Positions 1 through 9,122 are shown, counted from the stretch's first letter. The stretch is DNA of 27,160 nt from Eubacteriales bacterium (GCA_045596785.1 JAZODB010000103.1:1-27160), one strand, 5' to 3'. Numbers and translations are program-made. The notes: generated by a model from the letters alone, not told the origin.

Positions 1-318
1 TGAAAACATCCGTATTTTTCCGGTTTTTACAATACTTGCAATCTCACATGTGCGTTTAAGCTTTTCGATATGTGCATCCATCGGATCGGTAATTTTTATT
101 TTTCCGATGGGAGAGCCTATTGCCCAAACCGAAATTCCCGCAGAGTTAAGTTTCCGATAAGTATCCGCCGCTTGCTCCGGTGTCAAATCGGAAATATTCA
201 TCCCATTAACACCGCGAAGCTCCGTCATTTTCACTTTATTCTTGACAAGACCTTCAATTTGCTGTTCAAGAGAAGGAGAATATTCATCTGAAAATGCGCT
301 GAGCCTAAATCTTACCAT
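1..318 (-). CDS. Sugar phosphate isomerase/epimerase (xylose isomerase-like TIM barrel), 5' part; continues past the left edge
   Basis: Not in the ORF track because it is edge-truncated. My translation from ATG at 318: MVRFRLSAFSDEYSPSLEQQIEGLVKNKVKMTELRGVNGMNISDLTPEQAADTYRKLNSAGISVWAIGSPIGKIKITDPMDAHIEKLKRTCEIASIVKTGKIRMFS. The SAFxDE, ELR, IGSPIGK and IRMFS pattern is typical of this family. A GGAG RBS and a consensus promoter lie upstream. Confidence 0.85.
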   Translation of the reverse strand, partial: MVRFRLSAFSDEYSPSLEQQIEGLVKNKVKMTELRGVNGMNISDLTPEQAADTYRKLNSAGISVWAIGSPIGKIKITDPMDAHIEKLKRTCEIASIVKTGKIRMFS

Positions 319-391
319 AGCATTGCTCCAATCCCGGCATTAAACCGTTGCATATTTTTCACTTAATCTAAGAAATCCTATTCAATCATTA

Positions 392-420
392 ATTATAACA
401 TTAATCAGTTATTTTTGCAA
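392..420 (-). promoter_or_regulatory. sigmaA promoter for the left-edge isomerase gene
   Basis: Minus strand TTGCAA (420-415), 17 nt, TATAAT (397-392), with an extended -10 (TGtTATAAT). Confidence 0.75.
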
Positions 421-450
421 GAAAATAAAATAAATTTAACACGGCAAATG

Positions 451-476
451 TATGTACAAATAAAATTTTGTACATA
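451..476. repeat. Perfect 10-bp inverted repeat (operator or weak terminator)
   Basis: TATGTACAAA-taaaat-TTTGTACATA, between the mutS2 stop and the promoter above. Confidence 0.55.
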
Positions 477-512
477 TCCGTCATAAAATATCACATTTTG
501 CTTAATCAATTA

Positions 513-2882
513 CTATAATTCAAGAACCGTAACACCGTAATCGCCCTCACCGAACGCTCCGGCGCGGAATGATTTAATACGGCTGTCCGACCTAAACCTA
601 TTCCAAAGAGATGCTCTAAGTGCCCCTGTCCCCTTGCCGTGAATCACCGTAGCCGAATGAATACCCGCAACAATTGCATTGTCTATATATCCGTCAACTA
701 CGAACCACGCCTCTTCTCCTGTCATACCTCTGACATCACATTCCGTCTTAAAGTTCTTCGTAACAGAAGCCTTCAAGCGAGACTGATTTTTAACTCGCTC
801 TTTTTTTTCGTTCAGCTCATCTTCGTTCAGCTTCAAATCATTTACCGAAACGCGCATTTTTACAGCTCCCATACGCACATTCACATTTCCGTTTTTATCG
901 GGATTATCAAGCAAAATTCCATGCGTTCCGATATTCCTGTGAATAACCGCATCGCCTTTGACAAGGGCACGCGGGAGCACATAACCGTCATCATCCTCTT
1001 CGCGAGCGGGACTTACCGTATTTCTGTAATCTCTCATTCTGACACGCACATTTCTCTTCGCTTCGGCAAGCTGCTCGCCGAAACGCTCTGAATCCTGCTG
1101 TTTCTTCACCTCGTCAAGCTTCGCGAATACATAATCGCTCGTTGCGCGCGCTCCGTCAAGCAGTTCTTCGGCTTTGCGTCTCATGTTCTCCGCCTCACGC
1201 TCGGCACCCGCAAGTCTTGATTTAAGCTCCGCTTCGGATTTTTTCCTGTATTCCTCAAACTCTCTGCGAGATTTTTCCGCACTCGAGCGTTCTTCCTCAA
1301 GCTCCATTCTCGTCTTTTCAAGCTTTGCTATGACTTCTTCAAAATTACGTGTGCCGGTATCAATAAACTGCTCTGCACGATTTACTATGACAGGGGACAG
1401 TCCAAGCTTTTCCGAAATTGCAAAAGCGTTCGATTTTCCCGGAGTTCCTATGATAAGCTTGTACGTGGGACGAAGAGTATTGACATCGAACTCACATGAA
1501 GCATTTACAACTCCCTCAGTCTCTATGGCGTAAGCTTTTAGCTCCGCGTAGTGAGTCGTAGCCGCACAGAGAGTTCTGTTAATTCTCGTTTCCTCAAGGA
1601 TTGACATTGCGAGTGCGGCACCCTCTACCGGGTCCGTGCCCGCACCAAGCTCATCAAATAAAACAAGGGATTTCTCGGTCATTTTGTCTATGATATCAAC
1701 TATTCCTTTCATATGTGAGGAAAAAGTCGAAAGAGACTGTTCGATACTTTGCTCATCTCCGATATCCGAAAATATTTCATCGAAAACGCCGAGCACCGAC
1801 GTGTCCTCAGCCGGAATGTGCAGCCCCGCCTGATTCATCAGCGCAAAAAGACCTATCGTTTTCAGAGTAACCGTCTTTCCTCCCGTATTTGGTCCGGTTA
1901 TGACTATCATTTTGTAATCTTTTCCGAGAGATACCGTAATCGGGACAACTGTTTTTTTATCGAGAAGGGGATGACGCGCACGGTAAATTTCTATAACTTC
2001 TCTGTCGGAAATCACAGCAGGAGATGCATCCATCTGATACGAAAGCTCCGCGCAGGCGAAAATAAAGGCAAGCTCCGTAATGTTAAGATAGTCATATCCG
2101 AGATTTTCGCCCGACACTGCTACCCCTGCCGACAAATCACGCAAAATCCGCTCTATTTCGTGTTCCTCTTTGCTTTCAAGCTCCCTCAGCTCATTGTTCG
2201 CTTCAACAACGCTCATAGGCTCTATGAAAACGGTGGCACCCGACTGCGAGGTATCGTGAACAAGTCCTTTCACCTCATTGCGGTATTCGACTTTTACGGG
2301 AATGACAAATCTTCCGCCTCGCGTTGTAACAATGTTCTCCTGAAGATATTTCGACTGTCCCGAAACATATCGCTGAAGCAAATCCTTAATTCTGCTGTCG
2401 GCGGCGCGTTTCTTACGTCGTATTTCCGCAAGTGCCGGGCTTGCTTCATCCGCAACAAAATCATCCGCAACAATCGAGCGGGTTATTTTATCCTCAAGAT
2501 TACGGTTTTGAATAAGTCTGTCGAAAATCTCTCCGAGTGAAGTTTCAGGAGTTTTTTCGCCGCGCACATAATCGAGAAGTCCCCTCGCAGTTCTTAAAAC
2601 AGCCGCGCAGTCAAGAAGCTCACGCAAGGACAGTATTGCATCTTTCTGAGCTCTTTCAACGCTCGGACGTATATCCTTTATATGCCCGAATGACGGGAGT
2701 CCCTTTATTCCGATTAAGGTTTTCGCATCGGTTGTATGCCTCTGATTAAGCCTCACCTTATCAATATCGGATGACGGCTTAAGCTGAAGGGCAAGAGATG
2801 CCGCTCCCTCAGTCTGTGCAAGACCTGAGAGAATATTGAGTATTTTATCAAATTCAAGTGTATATAATGCTTTGCTGTTCAT
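513..2882 (-). CDS. mutS2: MutS2 endonuclease / ribosome-collision factor (RqcU-type), full length
   Basis: 789 aa. Walker A GPNTGGKT, DIGDEQSIEQSLSTFSSHM, DELGAGTDPVEGAALA, coiled coil, KOW-like segment and C-terminal Smr domain (DVRGM...IHGKGTGALR). Confidence 0.97.
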   Translation of the reverse strand: MNSKALYTLEFDKILNILSGLAQTEGAASLALQLKPSSDIDKVRLNQRHTTDAKTLIGIKGLPSFGHIKDIRPSVERAQKDAILSLRELLDCAAVLRTARGLLDYVRGEKTPETSLGEIFDRLIQNRNLEDKITRSIVADDFVADEASPALAEIRRKKRAADSRIKDLLQRYVSGQSKYLQENIVTTRGGRFVIPVKVEYRNEVKGLVHDTSQSGATVFIEPMSVVEANNELRELESKEEHEIERILRDLSAGVAVSGENLGYDYLNITELAFIFACAELSYQMDASPAVISDREVIEIYRARHPLLDKKTVVPITVSLGKDYKMIVITGPNTGGKTVTLKTIGLFALMNQAGLHIPAEDTSVLGVFDEIFSDIGDEQSIEQSLSTFSSHMKGIVDIIDKMTEKSLVLFDELGAGTDPVEGAALAMSILEETRINRTLCAATTHYAELKAYAIETEGVVNASCEFDVNTLRPTYKLIIGTPGKSNAFAISEKLGLSPVIVNRAEQFIDTGTRNFEEVIAKLEKTRMELEEERSSAEKSRREFEEYRKKSEAELKSRLAGAEREAENMRRKAEELLDGARATSDYVFAKLDEVKKQQDSERFGEQLAEAKRNVRVRMRDYRNTVSPAREEDDDGYVLPRALVKGDAVIHRNIGTHGILLDNPDKNGNVNVRMGAVKMRVSVNDLKLNEDELNEKKERVKNQSRLKASVTKNFKTECDVRGMTGEEAWFVVDGYIDNAIVAGIHSATVIHGKGTGALRASLWNRFRSDSRIKSFRAGAFGEGDYGVTVLEL

Positions 2883-2923
2883 TTATTCCTCTTTTTGAGA
2901 ATACCGTAAACATTTTGATATTA

Positions 2924-3721
2924 TCACGATATATTGTTAATGAGTTTTTTGTAATAATCGAGTGAAGAAAATCCATGCTCAAGGTGATTCAAGAGATATC
3001 TTTCGCATGCCACCGAAAAAAGCGGAAGCTCATCTGCATCAAGTGAAAACGAAAGATATCGCTTTACCGTCGCTGATTCCACATACCTCATTGCAGCGAG
3101 TACCGCAGGAGACACCCTAATCATTATTTTTGAAGAGCTGTCATCGGCAATGTACTCAGGGTCATTAAAAAGCTCAGTGCGGCATTTTTTGCAGACAATT
3201 CTCCCGTTCATAACATCAATAAAGCTGTCCTCCGAAATATCACATCCGCAAACTCCGCACATTGAAAGGTCAGGCATAAAGCCCGCCTGTGCCGCGGCTT
3301 TAAATTCAAATGCCGCCTTTATTTGAGAGAGAGGCTTTTCTTTGAGATTTGCTATGGCATACAATGTGTTAAGAATTAACGACAAAAGCTCGGGATCGCG
3401 AGTATCCTCAAGCGAAAGGTCTGAGGCAACATCACAAACGTAATTTGCAAGAGCTAATTTTTCCACATCGTATCGAATGTTCATAAAACATTCTATGAAA
3501 AAAGTATCTCTGATGTAATAAAAATTCCCTTTTTTTCTAAGCTGAAACGTACTGTATGAAAAAAGCTGAGCAGATGCCGCATATTTGTTTCTTATGCTGC
3601 CGACACCTTTTCCCGTAATCGTTATGCGACCGTATTCCGCCGTGAGCAATGTAATAATCTTATCAGCCTCTCCGGTTTTAACCTCGCGTATTACAAGACC
3701 GTCGACCTCTATATCTTCCAT
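2924..3721 (-). CDS. recO: DNA repair protein RecO
   Basis: N-terminal OB-fold pattern (GEADKIITLLT..G), Zn-finger CxxC...CxxC (CGVC, CKKC), position downstream of era. Confidence 0.95.
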   Translation of the reverse strand: MEDIEVDGLVIREVKTGEADKIITLLTAEYGRITITGKGVGSIRNKYAASAQLFSYSTFQLRKKGNFYYIRDTFFIECFMNIRYDVEKLALANYVCDVASDLSLEDTRDPELLSLILNTLYAIANLKEKPLSQIKAAFEFKAAAQAGFMPDLSMCGVCGCDISEDSFIDVMNGRIVCKKCRTELFNDPEYIADDSSSKIMIRVSPAVLAAMRYVESATVKRYLSFSLDADELPLFSVACERYLLNHLEHGFSSLDYYKKLINNIS

Positions 3722-3734
3722 AAAGACTCCGTGA

Positions 3735-4628
3735 TTATTTGTAATCTTCGGGTTTGAATCCGAAATTGTTGAGACTCAGAGCATCGTCACGCCATTTTTC
3801 CTTTACCTTCACCCAAAGATTCAGATAAATCTTCTGACCGAAGAAGGATTCCATATCCTCTCTGGCATATGTCCCGATTTTCTTAAGCGATTCGCCGTTT
3901 TTTCCGACAATGATTCCCTTATGCGACTGCTTCTCGCAGAATATTTCGGCGCGGATTCTGATAATATTTTCATCCTCCTCAAATTCCTCTATAACAACAG
4001 CCGTTCCGTGAGGGATTTCATCAGACAAAGTACGAAGTATCTTTTCGCGTATTATCTCAGCCGCAATTTGCTTTTCCGGCTGGTCGGTAAGGCTGTCCTC
4101 ATCGAACATCCAATCGCTCTCGTATAAGAATTTTTCCGCCTCGTCCAAAACCTCATCCACGTTTTTTCCGGACTCGGCGCATGTAGGTACAACAGCATCG
4201 AAATCATGAAGTGCGGCATAATCCGTAATCGTTTCTGCGAGCTTTTCACGATTTATAAGGTCGATTTTATTGAGAACAAGAATTGACGGAAGATTGGATT
4301 TTTTTATCTGACCTATGAGATTCTTCTCGATTTCACCGGCGGGATGTCCCGCATCGGCAATCAGAATAACTGCGTCAGCCGAGCCGACAGACGAGCGGAC
4401 AGACTTCATCATATATTCGCCGAGCTTATTTTTTGCATGGTGAACACCGGGAGTATCAATAAAAACATATTGATCCTCATCCTTTGTAAGAATTCCGGCA
4501 ATACGGTTTCTTGTAGTCTGCGGTTTTGAAGAAACGATAGCAACCTTTTCGCCGAGTAAATGATTCATAAGTGTACTTTTGCCGACGTTAGGTCTGCCTA
4601 CTATCGCAATAAAAGCTGTTCTTGTCAT
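3735..4628 (-). CDS. era: GTPase Era
   Basis: GRPNVGKS, QTTRN, DTPG, NKID motifs and a C-terminal KH domain (GIIVGKNG). Confidence 0.98.
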   Translation of the reverse strand: MTRTAFIAIVGRPNVGKSTLMNHLLGEKVAIVSSKPQTTRNRIAGILTKDEDQYVFIDTPGVHHAKNKLGEYMMKSVRSSVGSADAVILIADAGHPAGEIEKNLIGQIKKSNLPSILVLNKIDLINREKLAETITDYAALHDFDAVVPTCAESGKNVDEVLDEAEKFLYESDWMFDEDSLTDQPEKQIAAEIIREKILRTLSDEIPHGTAVVIEEFEEDENIIRIRAEIFCEKQSHKGIIVGKNGESLKKIGTYAREDMESFFGQKIYLNLWVKVKEKWRDDALSLNNFGFKPEDYK

Positions 4629-4642
4629 AATCTCCTCCGATT

Positions 4643-5122
4643 TTATCTTTCAAGTCCGATTTTTTTCATTATTATCCTCTGATGTTCGCGCATTTCGATA
4701 TCTTCCTCTTCCGAGTTTACGTGGTCATACCCGAGAAGGTGCAGTACCGAATGTACCGTAAGAAACGCACACTCTCTTTCATAGCTGTGCCCAAACTCCA
4801 CAGCTTGCTCAGCCGCCCTTTCGAGAGACAGCACTATGTCACCGAGCTCGCAGTCTCCGAAATCGTCGGGCATATCTCCGTTCTTCATGTCATACATGGG
4901 AAAAGAAAGCACATCGGTAGCAGAGTCGATTTCACGAAATTCACGGTTTTTCTCACGTATTCCGTCATTGTCCGTAAAAGTAACCGACAACATAACATCA
5001 CGCTCGAATTTTTCACATTCAAGAGCACCGCGAACCGCTTTTTTTATTAGTCTGCGCAGTGTAAATCCCGCTTTCATTTTGCTCTGCTCATTTGAAAAGT
5101 AAATTTTAATCTTTTTCGACAT
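4643..5122 (-). CDS. ybeY: rRNA maturation endoribonuclease YbeY
   Basis: NREFR..DSATDVLSFP, LGDIVLS and the HSVLHLLGYDH metal motif. Confidence 0.97.
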   Translation of the reverse strand: MSKKIKIYFSNEQSKMKAGFTLRRLIKKAVRGALECEKFERDVMLSVTFTDNDGIREKNREFREIDSATDVLSFPMYDMKNGDMPDDFGDCELGDIVLSLERAAEQAVEFGHSYERECAFLTVHSVLHLLGYDHVNSEEEDIEMREHQRIIMKKIGLER

Positions 5123-6143
5123 TTTTTCTCACAGAGCGGTAACGTTCTTTCCGCTCGTTCTCCCTGACATTTCGTTCTCTGTCATATTTATCGTAAGCCA
5201 TAATTATGCGCTGTACAAGTCTGTGCCGCACCACATCGCGCTCGGAAAACTCGTGTATTCCGATTCCCTCAATTCCGCGAAGAATCTGTACCGCCACCGA
5301 AAGTCCGCTTTTTTTACCGTATGGCAAATCAGTCTGCGTCAAATCTCCCGTCACAACAGCTTTGGAGCCGCCTCCGAGTCTTGTGAGAAACATTTTCATT
5401 TGCTCGGGAGTAGTGTTCTGCGCTTCGTCAAGAATTATAAACGAATCATCAAGAGTACGCCCTCTCATATATGCGAGCGGTGCTATTTCAATAGTCATTT
5501 TTTCAATCATGCGCATACACGACTCAGCTCCGAGCATTTCGTAAAGCGCGTCGTACAGCGGTCTTAGGTAGGGGTCTATTTTACTTTGCAAATCCCCGGG
5601 AAGAAATCCGAGACGCTCTCCCGCCTCCACAGCAGGTCTTGTCAAAATTATCCGCGATACCTCGTGAGCACGCAAAGCCTTCACCGCAGCCGCAACGGCA
5701 AGATATGTTTTTCCGGTACCGGCAGGCCCGATTCCGAGGATAACGGTATTCTTTTTTACCATGTCTATATACTTCTTCTGCCCGACCGTTTTCGCTTTGA
5801 CGGGTTTTCCTTTAGCCGTTACGAAAAAACAATCGTCATCGAAATCCTCAAGCTCCGATACTCTGCCCTCCTTGACCATGCCGATTACATAATCAACACT
5901 TTGGTCAGACGGCTCCTCTCCGAATGAAACGATTCTTTTAAGATATGTGAGCACCTCAGACGCCATGTTCACTCCATCTGACTCACCCTCTATGACAATC
6001 GTATCTCCGCCGTCATTATCGTTCTGCGTATTGTATATACGAACTCCAAACTCGCTCTCTATCCGTCTGACATTTTTATCGAAACTTCCGAAAAGATATC
6101 CCGTCACATCGGATGACGGTGTATTGATTTTTCTCTGTATCAT
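5106..6143 (-). CDS. phoH: PhoH-family ATPase
   Basis: GPAGTGKT, RPAVEAGERLGFLPG, APLAYMRGRTL, DEAQN, GDLTQTDL. Overlaps the ybeY start by 17 nt. Confidence 0.96.
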   Translation of the reverse strand: MIQRKINTPSSDVTGYLFGSFDKNVRRIESEFGVRIYNTQNDNDGGDTIVIEGESDGVNMASEVLTYLKRIVSFGEEPSDQSVDYVIGMVKEGRVSELEDFDDDCFFVTAKGKPVKAKTVGQKKYIDMVKKNTVILGIGPAGTGKTYLAVAAAVKALRAHEVSRIILTRPAVEAGERLGFLPGDLQSKIDPYLRPLYDALYEMLGAESCMRMIEKMTIEIAPLAYMRGRTLDDSFIILDEAQNTTPEQMKMFLTRLGGGSKAVVTGDLTQTDLPYGKKSGLSVAVQILRGIEGIGIHEFSERDVVRHRLVQRIIMAYDKYDRERNVRENERKERYRSVRKNVEKD

Positions 6144-6159
6144 ATAAACTCCGATTAAT

Positions 6160-7377
6160 TTATTTTTCCATTGAAGTATTATCCGCGCTCCCTGAATTCA
6201 TGCTGAATTCAGACGTTTCGGCAACATTGCGTCTCAAGTACAAAAGGCAGTCTATTGTATAGCGTTCCTCCGACGAATTTATGTCAACCGTTCGTGAAAT
6301 AAGCTCTGCCCCTTTTGTTTCTTCCTTTATTTTCTCATTCAGCAAAGCCATTGCCTCATCCGCAGCATCTTCAGATGAAATCGACTTCATTTCAGGGATA
6401 TACTCACGATAAACGGTTTTGTTAATCCAAATCGGGACTGTACACAGCCCGAATGGACACAACTGCTCCATTGTATTTATTTTATCATAAGTATCATATA
6501 CAATTCCACCCTTTATGAAAAGATTTATCGTTTTTTTGAAAATTTTTATACTTTTTTTTGTATTTATCCGCCCTGTATACACTTTTTCCTCCCTCTCCGT
6601 ATTTATCTCACTCCTCAAAGGAACAGCGACCGTACATAACACCTCACCCGCTGCATACTCCAATCTTATACTTCCGTCTTTGTTTTCAACAACTCCCGAA
6701 ATGAGAAGCTGTCCGGCACGTACAGTATCTCCTGCTTTTACACATGCCTGCCCCTCAAAAACATTGACAGACTCAACGACTCCATCGCACTTCGCCACTA
6801 CATTTGCATACACATTTTTATCGTGCCGCACCCGTTTATCTTCCCACAATTCACGCACCTGAACCTCGGCGACAGTTCCGTTCATATAAACCGACAGCCA
6901 TGCAATATCATGCTGTGCCGCGGCATATTTCGCATGAACTTCGTTAAAATCAATGGATGGATAATAGTCACCTATTCCACAGCCAAGCTCGTCAAGAAGC
7001 GATATTATCTCTCGCACATCGGTTTTCTCGTTGCCGTAAACACGTATGCTCCATATTATCCTTGATGAATAAAGCATCCATCCGAAAAACAAAAGAAAGC
7101 CTGCGGCTAATGCGGGGCGGAAACCGAGAAATTTTATTACAGCAAAAAGTCCGTTAAGCTTTGATATTTCGCAATCGATCTGACGCGAATCAAGCTCCGA
7201 TAACAAACGCTTTATATACTTTTCCCGTACTCTGATTCTTACAGTCCCATCGCACACAGCTTCTTTTGAGAACGCTATTCCCTCTCTGTACATCAAATCA
7301 AATACAGCGGCTCGGCTCGGCAAAGGAAAACTGACAACACGCCATCCGGCAATAAAATCCCGAAATTCCGTGAGCAT
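6160..7377 (-). CDS. yqfD: Stage IV sporulation protein YqfD
   Basis: 405 aa with a single TM segment, IWSIRVYGN, NVVAKCDGVV and LLISG motifs. Canonical yqfC-yqfD-phoH-ybeY synteny. Confidence 0.9.
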   Translation of the reverse strand: MLTEFRDFIAGWRVVSFPLPSRAAVFDLMYREGIAFSKEAVCDGTVRIRVREKYIKRLLSELDSRQIDCEISKLNGLFAVIKFLGFRPALAAGFLLFFGWMLYSSRIIWSIRVYGNEKTDVREIISLLDELGCGIGDYYPSIDFNEVHAKYAAAQHDIAWLSVYMNGTVAEVQVRELWEDKRVRHDKNVYANVVAKCDGVVESVNVFEGQACVKAGDTVRAGQLLISGVVENKDGSIRLEYAAGEVLCTVAVPLRSEINTEREEKVYTGRINTKKSIKIFKKTINLFIKGGIVYDTYDKINTMEQLCPFGLCTVPIWINKTVYREYIPEMKSISSEDAADEAMALLNEKIKEETKGAELISRTVDINSSEERYTIDCLLYLRRNVAETSEFSMNSGSADNTSMEK

Positions 7378-7674
7378 TTATTCACCTCCCACCGCAAATG
7401 ATGCCGATACAATATCTCCCCTTATGTAAAGTACGGATTCACGGAAATCAGATAAAACCAAATTTTTTCCTTTTACCGTAAATTTATCCCGACCGACAGT
7501 CAATACAATCGAATTGTCATCATATTCAAGTATTCCGCCACATCCCGTAACTTCCATTTCGTGTTTCCCACGTATTACAAATATCGGAATATTGGCAACA
7601 ACATTCTGCGGTACCTCGCAGAGTTTCGCTATTCTTTCGTACAGTTTGATTTGTCTGCATTTTTTATTTGGCAA
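7378..7674 (-). CDS. yqfC: YqfC/YabP-family sporulation protein
   Basis: 98 aa, TTG start with GGAGG 8 nt upstream. Pattern GILEYDD..I...G..L....RG.I. Abuts yqfD. Confidence 0.85.
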   Translation of the reverse strand: MPNKKCRQIKLYERIAKLCEVPQNVVANIPIFVIRGKHEMEVTGCGGILEYDDNSIVLTVGRDKFTVKGKNLVLSDFRESVLYIRGDIVSASFAVGGE

Positions 7675-7709
7675 TACGCAATCCTCCGCCGCATATTATT
7701 ACTATAACC

Positions 7710-7738
7710 ATACTATGCCGACACTCCACGGATAATGC
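7710..7738 (-). promoter_or_regulatory. sigmaE-like promoter for yqfC-yqfD
   Basis: Minus strand GCATTAT (7738-7732), 14 nt, CATAGTAT (7717-7710). Close to the B. subtilis sigmaE consensus (T/G)(C/A)ATA..-N14-CATACA.T; yqfCD is sigmaE-dependent in B. subtilis. Confidence 0.5.
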
Positions 7739-7760
7739 GGCAATAAAACGGGGGACTTTA

Positions 7761-8816
7761 ATGGCAAAACGTAAATTTATCACCACTGTTCTTACGTTAT
7801 CCGTATGCTTTATGATTACGCTTTTTCTTTTATACGAAGATGAAGCCTCAAATGCCGCAAGAAAAGCACTCGCCCTTGCCGCATCATACGTAATTCCGAC
7901 ATTATTTCCATACATGGTAATTTCATCGGTCATAATCTCGTTTGATTTGTTTGAGCCTGTATACAGGCACATACCGTCGGATAAAATCTTTTTTCTGCCG
8001 CGTTCCTCTGCTTCTGTTATTTTAACAGGACTTCTGTGCGGATTTCCCGTCGGAGCATCCGGAACATGCAAGCTCTATGAAAACGGGAAAATTTCAAAAG
8101 ACGACGCCTCAAGGCTGTGTGCTGTATCATCAAACACAAGCCCCGCATTCATAATCGGAACGGTAGGTGGTATGTGGGGGAAAAAATACGCTGTTTTTCT
8201 TCTCGCGATTCAGACTTTATCTGCGATGGTTATCGGGATTTGTCTGCGTGGAAAGCGCGGAAACACATCACTGAAAGTAACTGAAAATCCGCATAAACAT
8301 TCCGCCAACGATATAGCATCGGTACTGTGCCGAGCTGTATCCGAAAGTTCTTTCTCATGCCTCTCCGTATGCGGATACATAGTATTTTTCAGAGTAACCG
8401 CTGTGATTTTATCGAAAGTAATTCCTCAGCTTACCGATATTTTTTCGGTTATATTTGAATTTTCATCGGGATGCGCTATCGGAGCATCAAGAGGCGGAAT
8501 ATACGGAATCTGCCTGACAGGCTTTGCGGTCGGATTTTCCGGCTTATCCGTCTTCATGCAGACGCTGAATCTTATCGGTCGGCATCCCATACCGTTTTCC
8601 GCTGTATTTGTAACAAAGCTTGCCCAAGGTGCAATACTTTCTGCATCTTCGGCAGTCTTTTACCTCCTGTTTTCACCCGATTCTGCTTCTGCTTCTTTTT
8701 CGGAAATGATTGAATTTGCCGATATATCACCGCTCTGCATGATTTTTATGCTTCTTGCTGTATCTCTTGTGTTTAATATGGCGGCGCGCGGAAAATACTT
8801 TACGAGAAAGTATTGA
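7761..8816 (+). CDS. ylbJ: Sporulation integral membrane protein, YlbJ family
   Basis: Polytopic membrane protein with VIPTLFPYMVIS, GLLCGFPVGA, SPAFIIGTVG and FEFSSG motifs. ATG 7761 (GGGG 6 nt upstream) preferred over the track start at 7668, which overlaps yqfC. Confidence 0.85.
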   Translation: MAKRKFITTVLTLSVCFMITLFLLYEDEASNAARKALALAASYVIPTLFPYMVISSVIISFDLFEPVYRHIPSDKIFFLPRSSASVILTGLLCGFPVGASGTCKLYENGKISKDDASRLCAVSSNTSPAFIIGTVGGMWGKKYAVFLLAIQTLSAMVIGICLRGKRGNTSLKVTENPHKHSANDIASVLCRAVSESSFSCLSVCGYIVFFRVTAVILSKVIPQLTDIFSVIFEFSSGCAIGASRGGIYGICLTGFAVGFSGLSVFMQTLNLIGRHPIPFSAVFVTKLAQGAILSASSAVFYLLFSPDSASASFSEMIEFADISPLCMIFMLLAVSLVFNMAARGKYFTRKY

Positions 8817-8841
8817 TTTTTAGAGCGATTTTATATATAAT
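8813..8841 (+). promoter_or_regulatory. sigmaA promoter for the small ORF-prfB-trmH unit
   Basis: TTGATT (8813-8818), 17 nt, TATAAT (8836-8841). The -35 overlaps the ylbJ stop codon. Confidence 0.65.
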
Positions 8842-8915
8842 AGTATGGGGTTGTTTACAGATACAGCCAATAATCGGCAAAATACTATGTCGAAAAAATA
8901 TCGGTCGGTGTTAAT

Positions 8916-9122
8916 ATGAAGAATAAATTTTGTGATAAAACAGAAAAATACTGTAAGTATTGTGAAAAGGCTTCCGCGCTGTCCGACTCGGATACGATGC
9001 TCTGCTCAAAGCATGGAGTGGTTTGTGCGGGAAATTCTTGCCGCGAGTTCAGGTATGATCCCTTGAAACGCTCACCTGCAAAGTCCGAGCACAAATTACA
9101 GCTTGAATACATAGAAATCTGA
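8916..9122 (+). CDS. Small Cys-rich hypothetical protein (putative Zn or Fe-S binding)
   Basis: 68 aa, 6 Cys (core C13xxC16...C30xxHG...C42) followed by FRYDPLKRxP. Fills the gap between a promoter and prfB; GGTG upstream of the ATG. Confidence 0.75.
   Translation: MKNKFCDKTEKYCKYCEKASALSDSDTMLCSKHGVVCAGNSCREFRYDPLKRSPAKSEHKLQLEYIEI

Noticed and set aside
70-291. 73-aa plus-strand ORF in the track
   Set aside because: Antisense to the real edge-truncated isomerase gene at 1-318, which has a promoter, RBS and family motifs.
7668-7760. Long start for ylbJ
   Set aside because: It overlaps the divergent yqfC start, RBS and promoter; ATG 7761 gives a normal N-terminal TM segment.
8887-8919. uORF MSKKYRSVLI whose TGA overlaps the ATG of the Cys-rich gene (ATGA), attractive as an RF2-sensing leader
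   Set aside because: No RBS upstream of 8887, such short ORFs arise easily by chance, and reduced termination would not obviously give negative feedback on prfB.
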